DNA from: a virus
DNA length: 64,000 nt
Reading direction: 5' to 3' (one strand)
Virus record (IMG/VR): IMGVR_UViG_3300027816_000055
Position 1 is the first letter of the stretch. Every line of letters begins with the position of its first letter. The notes under the pieces were generated by a model. It saw only the letters and a list, made by a program, of their open reading frames with translations. It was not told the DNA's origin and ran no database searches. Position numbers and translations under genes: made by a program. This document shows positions 15,810 through 26,200 of this stretch, in pieces.

Positions 15810-16501
15810 GGAGTAACAACCGTTTTGACAGTTGTCACTGTTTTTGTCACAGTTGCACCAGCATCTTTTTGTGCATCAAGATCCTTTTGATTGTAAGCAA
15901 ATGTTGTATTTGCAAAACTACGAAGAGCAGTTGTATTGGCACTTAACGATGCAAACATATTCGCACTACCTTTGCTATTTGCAGCATACGTCAAACTAGC
16001 ATCGGCAGCAATACCAAGATTTGCGCTTACACTCCAAGCATCTTGATTTGCTCCAATATAAGTAAATTGCCAATTATAAACCTTGTTTTGATGTTCAACT
16101 GACTTCTTTACTTGATCCCAAGTATAAGTGTGGCTACTATTTTCTTCACCATCTGTAATAATAACAACCAATACCTTTTCTGGTCGTTCTGATTCTTGCA
16201 ACTTTGCCAAGTGATTTCCTACATTTTTAATTGTAGTTCCAACTGCATCCAACAAAGCGGTGCCGCCTCTTGGCACAAATGTCTTGTTGTCCAAATCCTT
16301 TACAAAGTCAATTGGAGTATTTTCATACACAGCTTCATAAAGTGTATCAAACTGATAAAAACTTACGTCGCATGTACCATGCTTTAATGCCTTTTGGTCA
16401 GAAATAAACTTGTTATAACCACCAATAACATCATTGGCAATACTACCCATACTTCCACTTCTGTCTACCACGAATACAATTTTTGTATAATCTTTTTTCA
16501 T
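15806..16501 (-). CDS. von Willebrand factor A (vWA) domain protein
   Basis: MIDAS motif VVDRSGSM, GGTALLDA, IITDGEENSS. Confidence 0.85.
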   Translation of the reverse strand: MKKDYTKIVFVVDRSGSMGSIANDVIGGYNKFISDQKALKHGTCDVSFYQFDTLYEAVYENTPIDFVKDLDNKTFVPRGGTALLDAVGTTIKNVGNHLAKLQESERPEKVLVVIITDGEENSSHTYTWDQVKKSVEHQNKVYNWQFTYIGANQDAWSVSANLGIAADASLTYAANSKGSANMFASLSANTTALRSFANTTFAYNQKDLDAQKDAGATVTKTVTTVKTVVTP

Positions 16502-16548
16502 ATATGTTTTTCTAATAATTATTATGTAGATCGATGTCTACCTCATGC

Positions 16549-16576
16549 ATTATATAGAGACCACCGTAGTTGTCAA
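16549..16576 (-). promoter_or_regulatory. consensus sigma70 promoter
   Basis: TTGACA(16576-16571)-N16-TATAAT(16554-16549) upstream of vWA. Confidence 0.75.
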
Positions 16577-16580
16577 CTTT

Positions 16581-16883
16581 TTATAACATAAACACAAATG
16601 ACGCTGGTTTAACAACCTTCGGAATAATTGATAAACCAGATGTATTTGCTACATTCAAATTTTCTTTTTGTTTTTCTTTTTCGGTTTTTAATTTTTCAAT
16701 CATTAATGTTCCATGTCTAACAACAATAGTATATGTATCTTTGCCGTCTGTAACATGCAATTGATTAGTTGTAATAATATTTGGTGTTTGTTCTTTAATT
16801 GTTTTAGTTTCTGTTGCATCTGCGGTTAGTGCGCCCAATCCACACAATGCCAAACAGCTTTTTAAGAAGTTGTTTCGATTCAT
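16581..16883 (-). CDS. hypothetical protein with a Tat-like signal peptide
   Basis: MNRNNFLKSCLALCGLGALTADA resembles RRxFLK plus hydrophobic core plus AxA. Confidence 0.6.
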   Translation of the reverse strand: MNRNNFLKSCLALCGLGALTADATETKTIKEQTPNIITTNQLHVTDGKDTYTIVVRHGTLMIEKLKTEKEKQKENLNVANTSGLSIIPKVVKPASFVFML

Positions 16884-16886
16884 AAC

Positions 16887-17288
16887 TTATTTTATACCTT
16901 TTCTTTTTTTATAATCTTCAAGTGCTGCATTTAATGCTTCGCTTGCCAATACACTACAATGTATTTTTACCGGAGGCAAACCACCCAATGCATCTACTAT
17001 TTGTTGATTATTAAAATTTTGTTCCACATCATTTATGGTGCGTCCTTTGATGAGTTCTGTGGCCATGCTACTAGCAGCAATAGCACTGCCACAACCAAAA
17101 GTCTTAAATCTTGCGTCGATGATTTTTCCAGTAGTTTCATCTATTTTAAGACTAATTTTCATGATATCACCACATGCTGCGGCACCAACTTCGCCAATAG
17201 CATCTGCATTTTTGATATCACCCATGTTGCGTGGATTCATAAAATGATCCATCACAGTTGAATTGTATAATGTATAAGATTCATTCAT
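16887..17288 (-). CDS. iscU: Fe-S cluster scaffold protein IscU/NifU-N
   Basis: DHFMNPRNMG, ACGD, KTFGCGSAIA, LPPVKIHCS; ATG 17288 overlaps the upstream stop. Confidence 0.92.
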   Translation of the reverse strand: MNESYTLYNSTVMDHFMNPRNMGDIKNADAIGEVGAAACGDIMKISLKIDETTGKIIDARFKTFGCGSAIAASSMATELIKGRTINDVEQNFNNQQIVDALGGLPPVKIHCSVLASEALNAALEDYKKRKGIK

Positions 17289-17478
17289 ATTTTTTATCTC
17301 CAATCGAACCATGCACTGTTAATTTATATATAGGATTTGCACATCCTAACCCAACATAACTTCCCCATTTATTGCATCCACAATGTTTACCATGTGGGCC
17401 TGTATTAGTAATTTTGTGTTTAAGATACCAATATAATTTATATAACGCCGACTTTTCTTTAATTATTAACGTATTCAT
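17281..17478 (-). CDS. hypothetical protein
   Basis: 65-aa ORF translationally coupled between gmd and iscU. Confidence 0.55.
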   Translation of the reverse strand: MNTLIIKEKSALYKLYWYLKHKITNTGPHGKHCGCNKWGSYVGLGCANPIYKLTVHGSIGDKKYE

Positions 17479-18614
17479 TATAATCCCATTAATTTTAGGT
17501 CATTTAACACCATTTTTTCTACCAATTGTGGAAATGTTGTTTTTGGTTGCCATTGCAATTCATTTCTTATCAAATTACTATTACCAAGTAAAAGATCAAC
17601 TTCGGCGGGTCGATAGAATTTTGGATTAATTTTTACCAGTACACTATTGATTGGATCATATTTCATAGCATCAGCCACACTAATGCTATATTCTTCACCA
17701 AGTCCATTTCCATGCCATCCGCCGTTTATACCTGCTGCTGTAAATGCCATTTCAATAAATTCTTTGATTGTATGTGTTTCGTTGCTAGAAACCACATATT
17801 CTTGAATTTGCATATGACTATCAAAATCAATTCTGTATTTTTCTTGATTTAACATTCTCCAAATTGCATCAACAAAATCTTCAGCATCACTCCAATCTCG
17901 TTTTGCATATACATTGCCCAATTCAATACTATTAAACGGGTTGCCTTCTATCAATGCTTTTTTGATACGTGCCACTCCTTTTGTAATTTTACGAGTTACA
18001 AATTCTTCGCCACGACGAGTTCCTTCATGATTAAATAATAATCCTTGTATTGCATACAGTTTGTAGCTTTCACGATATACTTTTACCAATTGACGTGCCG
18101 CAGCTTTGCTTGCTCCATATGGACTACGTGGTTTTGATGGATGTTTTTCATCTTGGGGTGCGTATTCAACATTACCATATTCTTCTGATGAACCTGCATT
18201 GTAAAATCGACATGTAGGTTTGTGTTGACGAATAGCTTCTAAAATATGAATAACACCGGTTGTATTGCATTCCCATGTTTGGGCAGGAAAATCCCAACTG
18301 CTACCAACAAATGTTTGTGCGGCAAGATTAATAAAATAGTCTGGCTTCAATTCTTTTACAATAGCATTGATTGCATGTGCGTCACTAAGATCAAAATTAA
18401 CCAATGCAAATCTATTTTTACTCCAATCAACATCTTTTAAATTGGCATGATTAGGTACGCTCAATCTACGTACTCCTCCAAAAATCATATAATCGGTATT
18501 TTTCAATAAATAATCGACCATATGACTACCATCTTGGCCTGTTACTCCAGTGATAAAAACTACTTTGCGGTTGTCGATAAGAGATGCTGCGTCAGAAATA
18601 TTTAATATATTCAT
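17478..18614 (-). CDS. gmd: GDP-mannose 4,6-dehydratase
   Basis: ITGVTGQDGS, NLAAQTFV, YNAGSSEEYG, SPYGASK, LFNHEG.RRG.EFVTRKI, RDW, RPAEVDLL.G. Confidence 0.93.
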   Translation of the reverse strand: MNILNISDAASLIDNRKVVFITGVTGQDGSHMVDYLLKNTDYMIFGGVRRLSVPNHANLKDVDWSKNRFALVNFDLSDAHAINAIVKELKPDYFINLAAQTFVGSSWDFPAQTWECNTTGVIHILEAIRQHKPTCRFYNAGSSEEYGNVEYAPQDEKHPSKPRSPYGASKAAARQLVKVYRESYKLYAIQGLLFNHEGTRRGEEFVTRKITKGVARIKKALIEGNPFNSIELGNVYAKRDWSDAEDFVDAIWRMLNQEKYRIDFDSHMQIQEYVVSSNETHTIKEFIEMAFTAAGINGGWHGNGLGEEYSISVADAMKYDPINSVLVKINPKFYRPAEVDLLLGNSNLIRNELQWQPKTTFPQLVEKMVLNDLKLMGL

Positions 18615-18684
18615 ATTTTTTATAATTACTGCTGGTATCATATAAAAATTCAGATGTTAGGTTTAGTATATATGTATAAGTCGT

Positions 18685-19068
18685 ATGAATCAAGATATTT
18701 TAATTCAATTATTAACCGACAAGATTTTTTATAATCAAATTATAAAAGAGTTTCCGGGGTTATATTCACCGTGTTTAATTATAAAACAAAATAGCTCAAC
18801 TGAAGGAGTTGCCAAATCAATTGAAAAATTATTAACTTTTTATAAAACAAATGAAAAATTTAAATTATTAATTGATTCATTAAATAACAATAAAGTGGAC
18901 GAGTCTTCGATTATTAACGGCAGCGATGTTGTTGGTATGGTAATAATATTGGATAAAAAAGAAGAGAGTTTTAAAAAACTGATGCAAACTGCTAAAAAAG
19001 AAAAATGGCAATATAAAGGAATTGCAATTGTGGATCAATTTGATAGTATTCGCTTATACTTTTATTAA
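18685..19068 (+). CDS. hypothetical protein
   Basis: 127-aa ATG ORF divergent from gmd. Confidence 0.65.
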   Translation: MNQDILIQLLTDKIFYNQIIKEFPGLYSPCLIIKQNSSTEGVAKSIEKLLTFYKTNEKFKLLIDSLNNNKVDESSIINGSDVVGMVIILDKKEESFKKLMQTAKKEKWQYKGIAIVDQFDSIRLYFY

Positions 19069-19541
19069 AACGAATCATCAGAATCATCATCATCTTCTTC
19101 AATGTTTTCGTCAATCGTTCCATATTTGTTGTTAAAATTTTTAAAATCTTGATCATTTAATCCGAGCGAGCTTAACATTGTCAAAATAATATAACAAATT
19201 TCATCTTTTGACAATTTGTGATCCATCAATTTTTTTGCAATTATATTGGCAATATAATTTAATTTCATCAATTTCTTTTCATCTGCCAATTCTTTTCTCG
19301 CCGACTGCTTAATATCTTTTTCCGGTAATATTAAACCCGGAATCAAATCCTGATTCATTGAATACTTAGTAGTTTTTAACACTTCTTTCTGCAACAATTC
19401 ATTGAATTCTTCTTTGGTTTTACATTTCTTTTTAATTTTGTCGCTTATTTGTTTGATGTCTTTTTTAGACACTTTGCGAGCAATACTAAATGATGTTAAA
19501 ATTCCATGCTTGGCGATCAAATGATTAAATCCAGTACTCAT
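19065..19541 (-). CDS. hypothetical protein with acidic tail
   Basis: 158 aa; TATTTAT motif 4 nt upstream of the ATG (19552-19546). Confidence 0.7.
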   Translation of the reverse strand: MSTGFNHLIAKHGILTSFSIARKVSKKDIKQISDKIKKKCKTKEEFNELLQKEVLKTTKYSMNQDLIPGLILPEKDIKQSARKELADEKKLMKLNYIANIIAKKLMDHKLSKDEICYIILTMLSSLGLNDQDFKNFNNKYGTIDENIEEDDDDSDDSF

Positions 19542-19566
19542 AATTATAAATATCTATATAAAAAAT

Positions 19567-20349
19567 TTAAAACCGTGCTTTAATTGGAAATTTTGCACCT
19601 TGCAAAATATCGGGGTCCATATTGAAATGAACAGTTCCTCGTTTTATATATCCTCTACCAGATACAAACGTACAATTATAACATAGTACTTTTAAATTTT
19701 CTAATTTATGATTGTGACGATCACCGTCTTCAAAGTTTAATAATAATGGTATTTTTCCATCTGTAATACGGCGTTCGCTAAAACCACATTGTTCACATTC
19801 GCTTTTTTTAATACCTGCTCGCACCAATTTATCTTTTAATCGATGAATCGGAAAGTTTGGAAATTGATTATTAAGAATTTTGTTGATCGGATATTTTCCT
19901 TTATAAGGATTTACAGGAGCAACGTCTGGTCGTTTTTGCGTCTGATCACGAACTTTAAAGATGTTATACATCTTGCAATATTTTTTATATGTAGGATAAC
20001 TAACACCTAATCTTTTTGCCGCTTGTCTAGCACTATTTGTATGTTTTTGAACTTCTAGGATTTCTGATTCTAGTAACGGTTTTGCTGCTTTTCCAATTAA
20101 TTTACGTGGTTGAAATATAATATCTTCAGCTTGTTTTTCTAAAAATGGAATCTTTATGTCTTGTTGTTTTAACGCATCGACTTCAGCAACAATTTCTTTT
20201 TGAATTTCTGATGCAATATCAGAACCAACAGTTGTAAGTTCTTTTATATCTTTGACATCGCGTTTTAATTGTTCCATTTCTTTGATTTTGTTTTCCATTT
20301 CTTGCAAACGGAACAACAACGCTGTCACATCAATATTTGACTCATTCAT
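19567..20349 (-). CDS. coiled-coil + HTH + HNH-like domain protein
   Basis: QAAKRLGVSYPTYKKY (HTH); CEQCG...LLLNFEDGD..N..LENLKVLCYNC (HNH-like, usual His replaced). Confidence 0.65.
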   Translation of the reverse strand: MNESNIDVTALLFRLQEMENKIKEMEQLKRDVKDIKELTTVGSDIASEIQKEIVAEVDALKQQDIKIPFLEKQAEDIIFQPRKLIGKAAKPLLESEILEVQKHTNSARQAAKRLGVSYPTYKKYCKMYNIFKVRDQTQKRPDVAPVNPYKGKYPINKILNNQFPNFPIHRLKDKLVRAGIKKSECEQCGFSERRITDGKIPLLLNFEDGDRHNHKLENLKVLCYNCTFVSGRGYIKRGTVHFNMDPDILQGAKFPIKARF

Positions 20350-20677
20350 AATTGCTTTTTATAGGCTCTACTGCCCAATCTATATTTGTTTGTTTATAAA
20401 GATTTTTACGTAAAAATTCTGCTTGTTTATGTAACCCGGCATTTATTAATATTTTGTAACTATTATAGGTTATTAGTTTTTTCTCTGAATTGTTGCCGCT
20501 CCAACAAATCATAACCGCAGCCAATCTTAGTTGTTTTTCTTTTGCCATTTGTTCAATAATTTGTGTGCATGCTTCTGCATATATATCATCAAATAAATTG
20601 GCGTCGATTTTAACCGTTTTTTTCCAATCGCCACTAGTTACTGTTACTTGTTTCATCATATTTAAGATCTCCATCAT
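20342..20677 (-). CDS. hypothetical protein (start possibly 20659)
   Basis: ORF in the minus-strand run between the helicase and the HTH-HNH gene. Confidence 0.6.
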   Translation of the reverse strand: MMEILNMMKQVTVTSGDWKKTVKIDANLFDDIYAEACTQIIEQMAKEKQLRLAAVMICWSGNNSEKKLITYNSYKILINAGLHKQAEFLRKNLYKQTNIDWAVEPIKSNYE

Positions 20678-22244
20678 TTAACAAATCCATGTTTTCTAAT
20701 TTTTCATTTACACTTTCACAAACTCTTTCTTCAACAGTTTTTGCCACGAAAACAATTTTTTGAACACTTTTGCTTTTGGCACTATCACGCCACACTCTAC
20801 CTGTGGATTGACGCATTTGAACGGCTGAATAAGATGGTGAAATTAGTGACAATCTAGGATATTTACCTGTCACATCATGTAAAGAAAGTCCGGCTCCACC
20901 AGCAGCAATATTGACTAATATTACTCTTTCTTTATCATTTTGAAAATTATCAATATTTTGCTGGCGAACTTTTTCATATTTAAGTTCACCATTTACAATA
21001 CATTGGGTATTTAAACGTTCTGCAAGTGCATGAATAGTTTCTGTAAAATTACAAAATACAACTACACTCATTCCATTTTCCAGACCTTCTTCTATCATTT
21101 CAAGGAACAGTGGTACTTTTACTAATTCAATTTCTTGTCGTGCTCGTAATATAGCAGTCAATTCATTCGTATTACGCTCTTTTTTTATTTTCTTGCGTAA
21201 TTTTTTAAGCTCACTTTCCATTTCAGAATAAATCTTATTGATTTTTTTCTGAGCTTCTTCTTCCATGTCATAACACGCTGCAATTATTTGACTTTCTGGA
21301 AAATTTGGAATTGTGTCGCGACTCAATCGAACACCTCTATTAACAAATATATCTTTGTTTAACTTGACTAAATGTTCTTTGCCACCAGTGAATTCCAAAC
21401 CAAAACGTCCTTTGGTAACACCGTGTTCATACAGCCACGCATAATACTGTGGATTGTTGTTGAATAGCTTTAACGCAGATCCAACAGTTTTTAACTCCAA
21501 TGGATTTGTAGCATTTGTAGCACTGCAAAACAACATCTTGTATCCTTGATTCAATGCTGCAATGCATGTCTCACTGTTTTTTGTCTTGGCACCTTTTAAT
21601 TTCTGACTTTCATCCCAAATAATTAAGGTGTTCTTAGGTATCTTCCAAACAAATTCTTTTCTGCGCGTTTCGCGTCTTTTTACATAACTTGCAAATGGAC
21701 TATCTTTTCTTCCAGTTCGTAGCATTTCATAGTTTATAATACCTACTAATTTGTCTTTCATTTTGAAATGATTAACAATAACACGCTTCCAAGATTCCAT
21801 TACTGCTTTTGGGCAAACAATCAATATTTGCATGTTTAGTTCTCTTGCAACGCCACATGCAGTATATGTTTTACCAACACCAACATCACTACCATCAATA
21901 CCCGCACCCCATTTTTTAATAGCCGCACATAATTTCTCCGCAGCAGTTACTTGCCAAGGACGCAATCCAGTCGAATTGTTTAATGGCAATACTTCCAAAG
22001 ATTCTTCTTGTTTTGCTCCAACATCAACCGGTGCATCAAACAATACTTTTCTGGCTTTTGATTCGATTAATATCCATTCACCATCTTTTTTTGCGACACT
22101 ATATCCCTGTGCCTTTAAAGAAAGACTGTGCTTCTTCCAATAATCGAAAAAACTAAATCTAAGTTCTTGAGGAATTAACCAATCACGCTGCCAGATACTA
22201 TCAGTTTTGTATGGCTTTCCCCAGTTAACATCTAACTGATCCAT
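20634..22244 (-). CDS. superfamily 2 (SNF2-like) helicase
   Basis: DVGVGKT, IWDESQK, SAT, VVVFCNF, AAGGAGLSL, QSTGRVWR. Confidence 0.85.
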   Translation of the reverse strand: MDQLDVNWGKPYKTDSIWQRDWLIPQELRFSFFDYWKKHSLSLKAQGYSVAKKDGEWILIESKARKVLFDAPVDVGAKQEESLEVLPLNNSTGLRPWQVTAAEKLCAAIKKWGAGIDGSDVGVGKTYTACGVARELNMQILIVCPKAVMESWKRVIVNHFKMKDKLVGIINYEMLRTGRKDSPFASYVKRRETRRKEFVWKIPKNTLIIWDESQKLKGAKTKNSETCIAALNQGYKMLFCSATNATNPLELKTVGSALKLFNNNPQYYAWLYEHGVTKGRFGLEFTGGKEHLVKLNKDIFVNRGVRLSRDTIPNFPESQIIAACYDMEEEAQKKINKIYSEMESELKKLRKKIKKERNTNELTAILRARQEIELVKVPLFLEMIEEGLENGMSVVVFCNFTETIHALAERLNTQCIVNGELKYEKVRQQNIDNFQNDKERVILVNIAAGGAGLSLHDVTGKYPRLSLISPSYSAVQMRQSTGRVWRDSAKSKSVQKIVFVAKTVEERVCESVNEKLENMDLLNDGDLKYDETSNSN

Positions 22245-22255
22245 AACAAAAAATA

Positions 22256-22555
22256 TTAATCTCCCATTTCGGTACGATAGTTTGAATATTGGGCTACTTC
22301 ATAAATATTACATTTAACATGACGCAGTTGCTTTACAACTCCAATATCAAAATATTTTGCCAGTGATTCTACAAATGTTTTACCATTCGAATCATCTGGA
22401 CCATGGCCCAAATCAATAAGATTCTGCATATAGGTACGACGATTCTGTTTAAATTTTCGTTGTACAGTGCCCTCTAAATGTTTAACTACCTCGTTGAGTG
22501 TATTATAATACACAGGAGTTTTACCTAATGTTGTATCAACTATATAAAATTTCAT
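22256..22555 (-). CDS. hypothetical protein
   Basis: 99 aa; TACTTAT motif upstream (22571-22565). Confidence 0.7.
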   Translation of the reverse strand: MKFYIVDTTLGKTPVYYNTLNEVVKHLEGTVQRKFKQNRRTYMQNLIDLGHGPDDSNGKTFVESLAKYFDIGVVKQLRHVKCNIYEVAQYSNYRTEMGD

Positions 22556-22705
22556 AACTTACTAATAAGTATGGTGTTGTCTACCATATAGCGTATATTT
22601 TAACATATAATAAATCAGTTACAATTTATTTTATTGTTTAAATTGATTTACATGCCATAAATATTATATAAACAATAAAATAAATTATATTTATTATCAA
22701 CCTTT

Positions 22706-23104
22706 ATGGCACTAATAAGCAGCTATTCAATAAGATTTGATCAAAGAAACGGCGCGAATACAGCGTACACCGAAAGTTTTGTATCTGGTTCAAATCTTAT
22801 TTTAACTACAAATTCAACCGGCATTGTAACAGGATCATATATTGTTCCGTCTAGTAGTCTTTCTATAACTGCGAGTTATACTGAAACAGCAAGTTATGCA
22901 AATCAAATATTTGTAGCAAAACAATCATTTTCTTCTAGTACAACGTGGAGTTTTTATCATAATTTAAATACAACATCTCCATTCATTCAAATATATAATC
23001 AAAACAACGATCAAATGATTCCTGCTAAAATCCAAGCAATTAATAATTCTACAAGTTCAATACAATTTAGTTTTTCAGCAAGTGGAATCGCAATAGCTCG
23101 CTAA
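22706..23104 (+). CDS. small Ser/Thr-rich virion or fibre-associated protein
   Basis: Composition and TASY motif like the large fibres; WSFYHNLNT module; TATTTAT at 22688-22694. Confidence 0.55.
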   Translation: MALISSYSIRFDQRNGANTAYTESFVSGSNLILTTNSTGIVTGSYIVPSSSLSITASYTETASYANQIFVAKQSFSSSTTWSFYHNLNTTSPFIQIYNQNNDQMIPAKIQAINNSTSSIQFSFSASGIAIAR

Positions 23105-23213
23105 AATAAAGATTTTATAAAAAAACTATAAATATTATAATCTTGAATTTTTGACGTATATTTATATTTAGTTTTATATAACAAAAAAACTGATTTGAAA
23201 GGAAATTTAATAT

Positions 23214-26200
23214 ATGCCAATTACTGAAGGTGGAAAATTTAGCCCAGAAGATAGAATCGTTAGTCCCGGTGTGTTTACCCGCGAAAACGATTTGAGCGGC
23301 ATTGCTCAAGGAGTAGCAGATATTGGCGCAGCAATTGTTGCTCCATTTCCGCAAGGACCGGGCTTTGCCCCAACATTAGTTACCAGTACTGCTGACTTAG
23401 AAGCAAAATTTGGTGTAGCTGATGGTGTTTATTACGGCCCATATACAGCAAAAGAATATTTGAAAGAAAAGGGATTCGTAACAGTTGTTCGTGTGGGTGC
23501 ATTAACTGGATATAACCAAAATAACCCATTCGTCATTTGGGCAGAACCGGGTTCATGGGCACGCAGTGGCAGTGCAGGTGCATTTAATAGTGCTAGTTCA
23601 TATGTTTTGTATGACAATAATGATTTAGCCGCTACATTTGACTATACTGCATCAAGCACAAGCGGATCGTTGACATTTTTAAGTGGAGCATCATTTATTG
23701 GTAAATTCCAAGCCTCACAAGGAGATGCAGTAAGTGGAAGCACCTCCAATTTTAGTAGCGGAAGTAAATTGTACTACAATCAACAGTTTGCATTTGCGTT
23801 TTCAACAAATACTACTGCATCATCATTGCGTGTTACAAGTAGTCTTCAAGGAAGCGGTGCATCTGGAACTGTTAAATTATTACAAGCACTAACCGAAACC
23901 GCAGGAGCAAATGGTAGTGTTAGTGGTTCATTTCCTGTTAGTGGTATTACCGTTGTAAATACTGATAACGGTATTGTTACTGATGGCAGCGCAATTAAAT
24001 TGATTAGTGGTTCATTTACATCGTCGGTTGTTTCAGGTGGATGTGGTGTTCAATTAGTTGTTAACGGTATTATAAGTGGTTCATTTGGTCAATTGACCGG
24101 ACAATTTAGTGCATCAAATGGTAGTTATGGCGATCCATGCAGTCCAGTTTCACAAAGCGGTCGCTTACCACAAATTTTAGCAGTGTTATCTGATACACAA
24201 CACGCAACATTGGATTCAACGCTTAGTGCCGCAGGATTTAGTGGTAGCGTATTGACTTCTAGCGTTGCTTCATCTGGTACATATAGTGGCAGCGTTGATC
24301 AAGCTGCATTAAATTTTCAATTGCAATTAAAGAGTGATGGTAGTACTGTTGGTTTCTATGATTTCTCATTGGATCCAGCAAGTAACAAATATATTACCAA
24401 TGTCTTCGGCACAGATCCAACTGCTGGAAATCCAGCAAAACAAGTTGCAGGAACCAAAATTGAAGCTGCTTACTTATATAAATTCTTCGGTAGTAGCGTA
24501 CAACGTGTTGCTGCAAATCTGTTAACAGAAGGTTGGCAAATCCGTGGTGCAGTGTTTCCAAGTGCTAGTTTCACAACCGGCAATCCATTGACATTCACCG
24601 ATTCATATTCATTGAACTTGAATGCTGGTGATAGCAGCTTTGGATTGACCCATGCATATACTCCTTGGGTAAAGAGTCAAGGTATTGCTCCATGGAGTGC
24701 AGATGGTAGCACCGCAAATGCAACTAAATTTGAATTGTTTAAAGTTCATACATTAGCGGACGGTACTTACACCAATCAAAAATACAAGATTGAAATCAGT
24801 AATGTCAAATTGGCTGGTACAGTTGCTGGTAGTGATTGGGGTAGTTTCACATTGGCAGTACGTGACTTTAGCGACACGGAAAAGAAACCTAAATATTTGG
24901 AAATCTTCCAAAATTTGAGTTTGGATCCAGATAGCGCAAACTTCATTGCACGTCGTATTGGTGATCGCTACAATTATATTACCTATGCAGGTAAGATTAT
25001 TGAATTTGGTACTTATAACAACTTGAGTAAATACATTCGTATTGAAATGAGTGAAATTGCTTATCCAGTAAGTGCAGTTCCTTATGGTTTCCAAGCATAT
25101 ACAACACCAATTGGCAGCACAGCAACTGGTTATGTTCCAATTGTTAAATACAGCAAAGCAAGTATCTACGGTCAAGCACCGGGCAAATATGCGTCCGGCA
25201 CAGTCTTTGGTGATAATCCACTAGGTGCTGATGATGAATTGACCGCACTGTATCCAACAGCAAGTACTGGTGTAACTGTGGCCGAAGACACATTGCAATA
25301 TTTTGCTCCAATTCCAGCGATGGGTGCAAATGATAGCAATGGTAAGAATATCGACTTCGACTTGGGCGATGTATTGGGTAGCGGTAGTGCTGCTTATATT
25401 GCAACAACTGGTAGTTTGTTACCAGCCGCAACAAGTGGTAGTATTCCATCTGTATATGATGCTGCTAATGAAGCAAATTATGTTAAGATGCGTAAATTCG
25501 TACTAGGTTTCCAAGGCGGATTTGATGGTCAAAGCCCAGCAATTCCAATCAATGTTGGTAGTGATATCACAGCAGGTAATACTCAAGGTTTGAATTGTAC
25601 TAACATTAATAGTGGCGGTAGTATTGCTTACAAACAAGTTGTAGGTGCTCTTGGTAATGCAGATGAATTTGATATTAACTTGATTGCTACACCGGGTATC
25701 TTCCATAGCCAACATAGTTATGTTGCCCAATTGGTAATTGATATGTGCGAAGCTCGCGGAGATTGTTTCTACATCATGGATAACATTATCTTCCCTAAGA
25801 GCAATCAAACAGTTGGTATGATTGATGCTGCTGTAAATGACGTATCAACAATTGATAGCAATTATGTTGGTACATATTATCCTTGGATCAAGATTCTTGA
25901 TACCAATATGAACAAGATCATCAGTGTTCCACCAAGTGTTATTATGCCAGCAATTTATGCTGCAAATGATAATTCAAGTGCCGAATGGTTTGCTCCAGCA
26001 GGTTTGAATCGTGGTGGTATCGCACAAGCTGTTCAAGTTCTTGATAGATTAACACATGCTGAACGCGATGTGTTGTATGAAGGTCGTGTTAACCCAATCG
26101 CAGCATTTCCGGGTCAAGGAATTTGTGTATGGGGCCAAAAGACACTTCAAATCAAACCAAGCGCATTGGATCGTATCAACGTTCGTCGATTGTTGATTGC

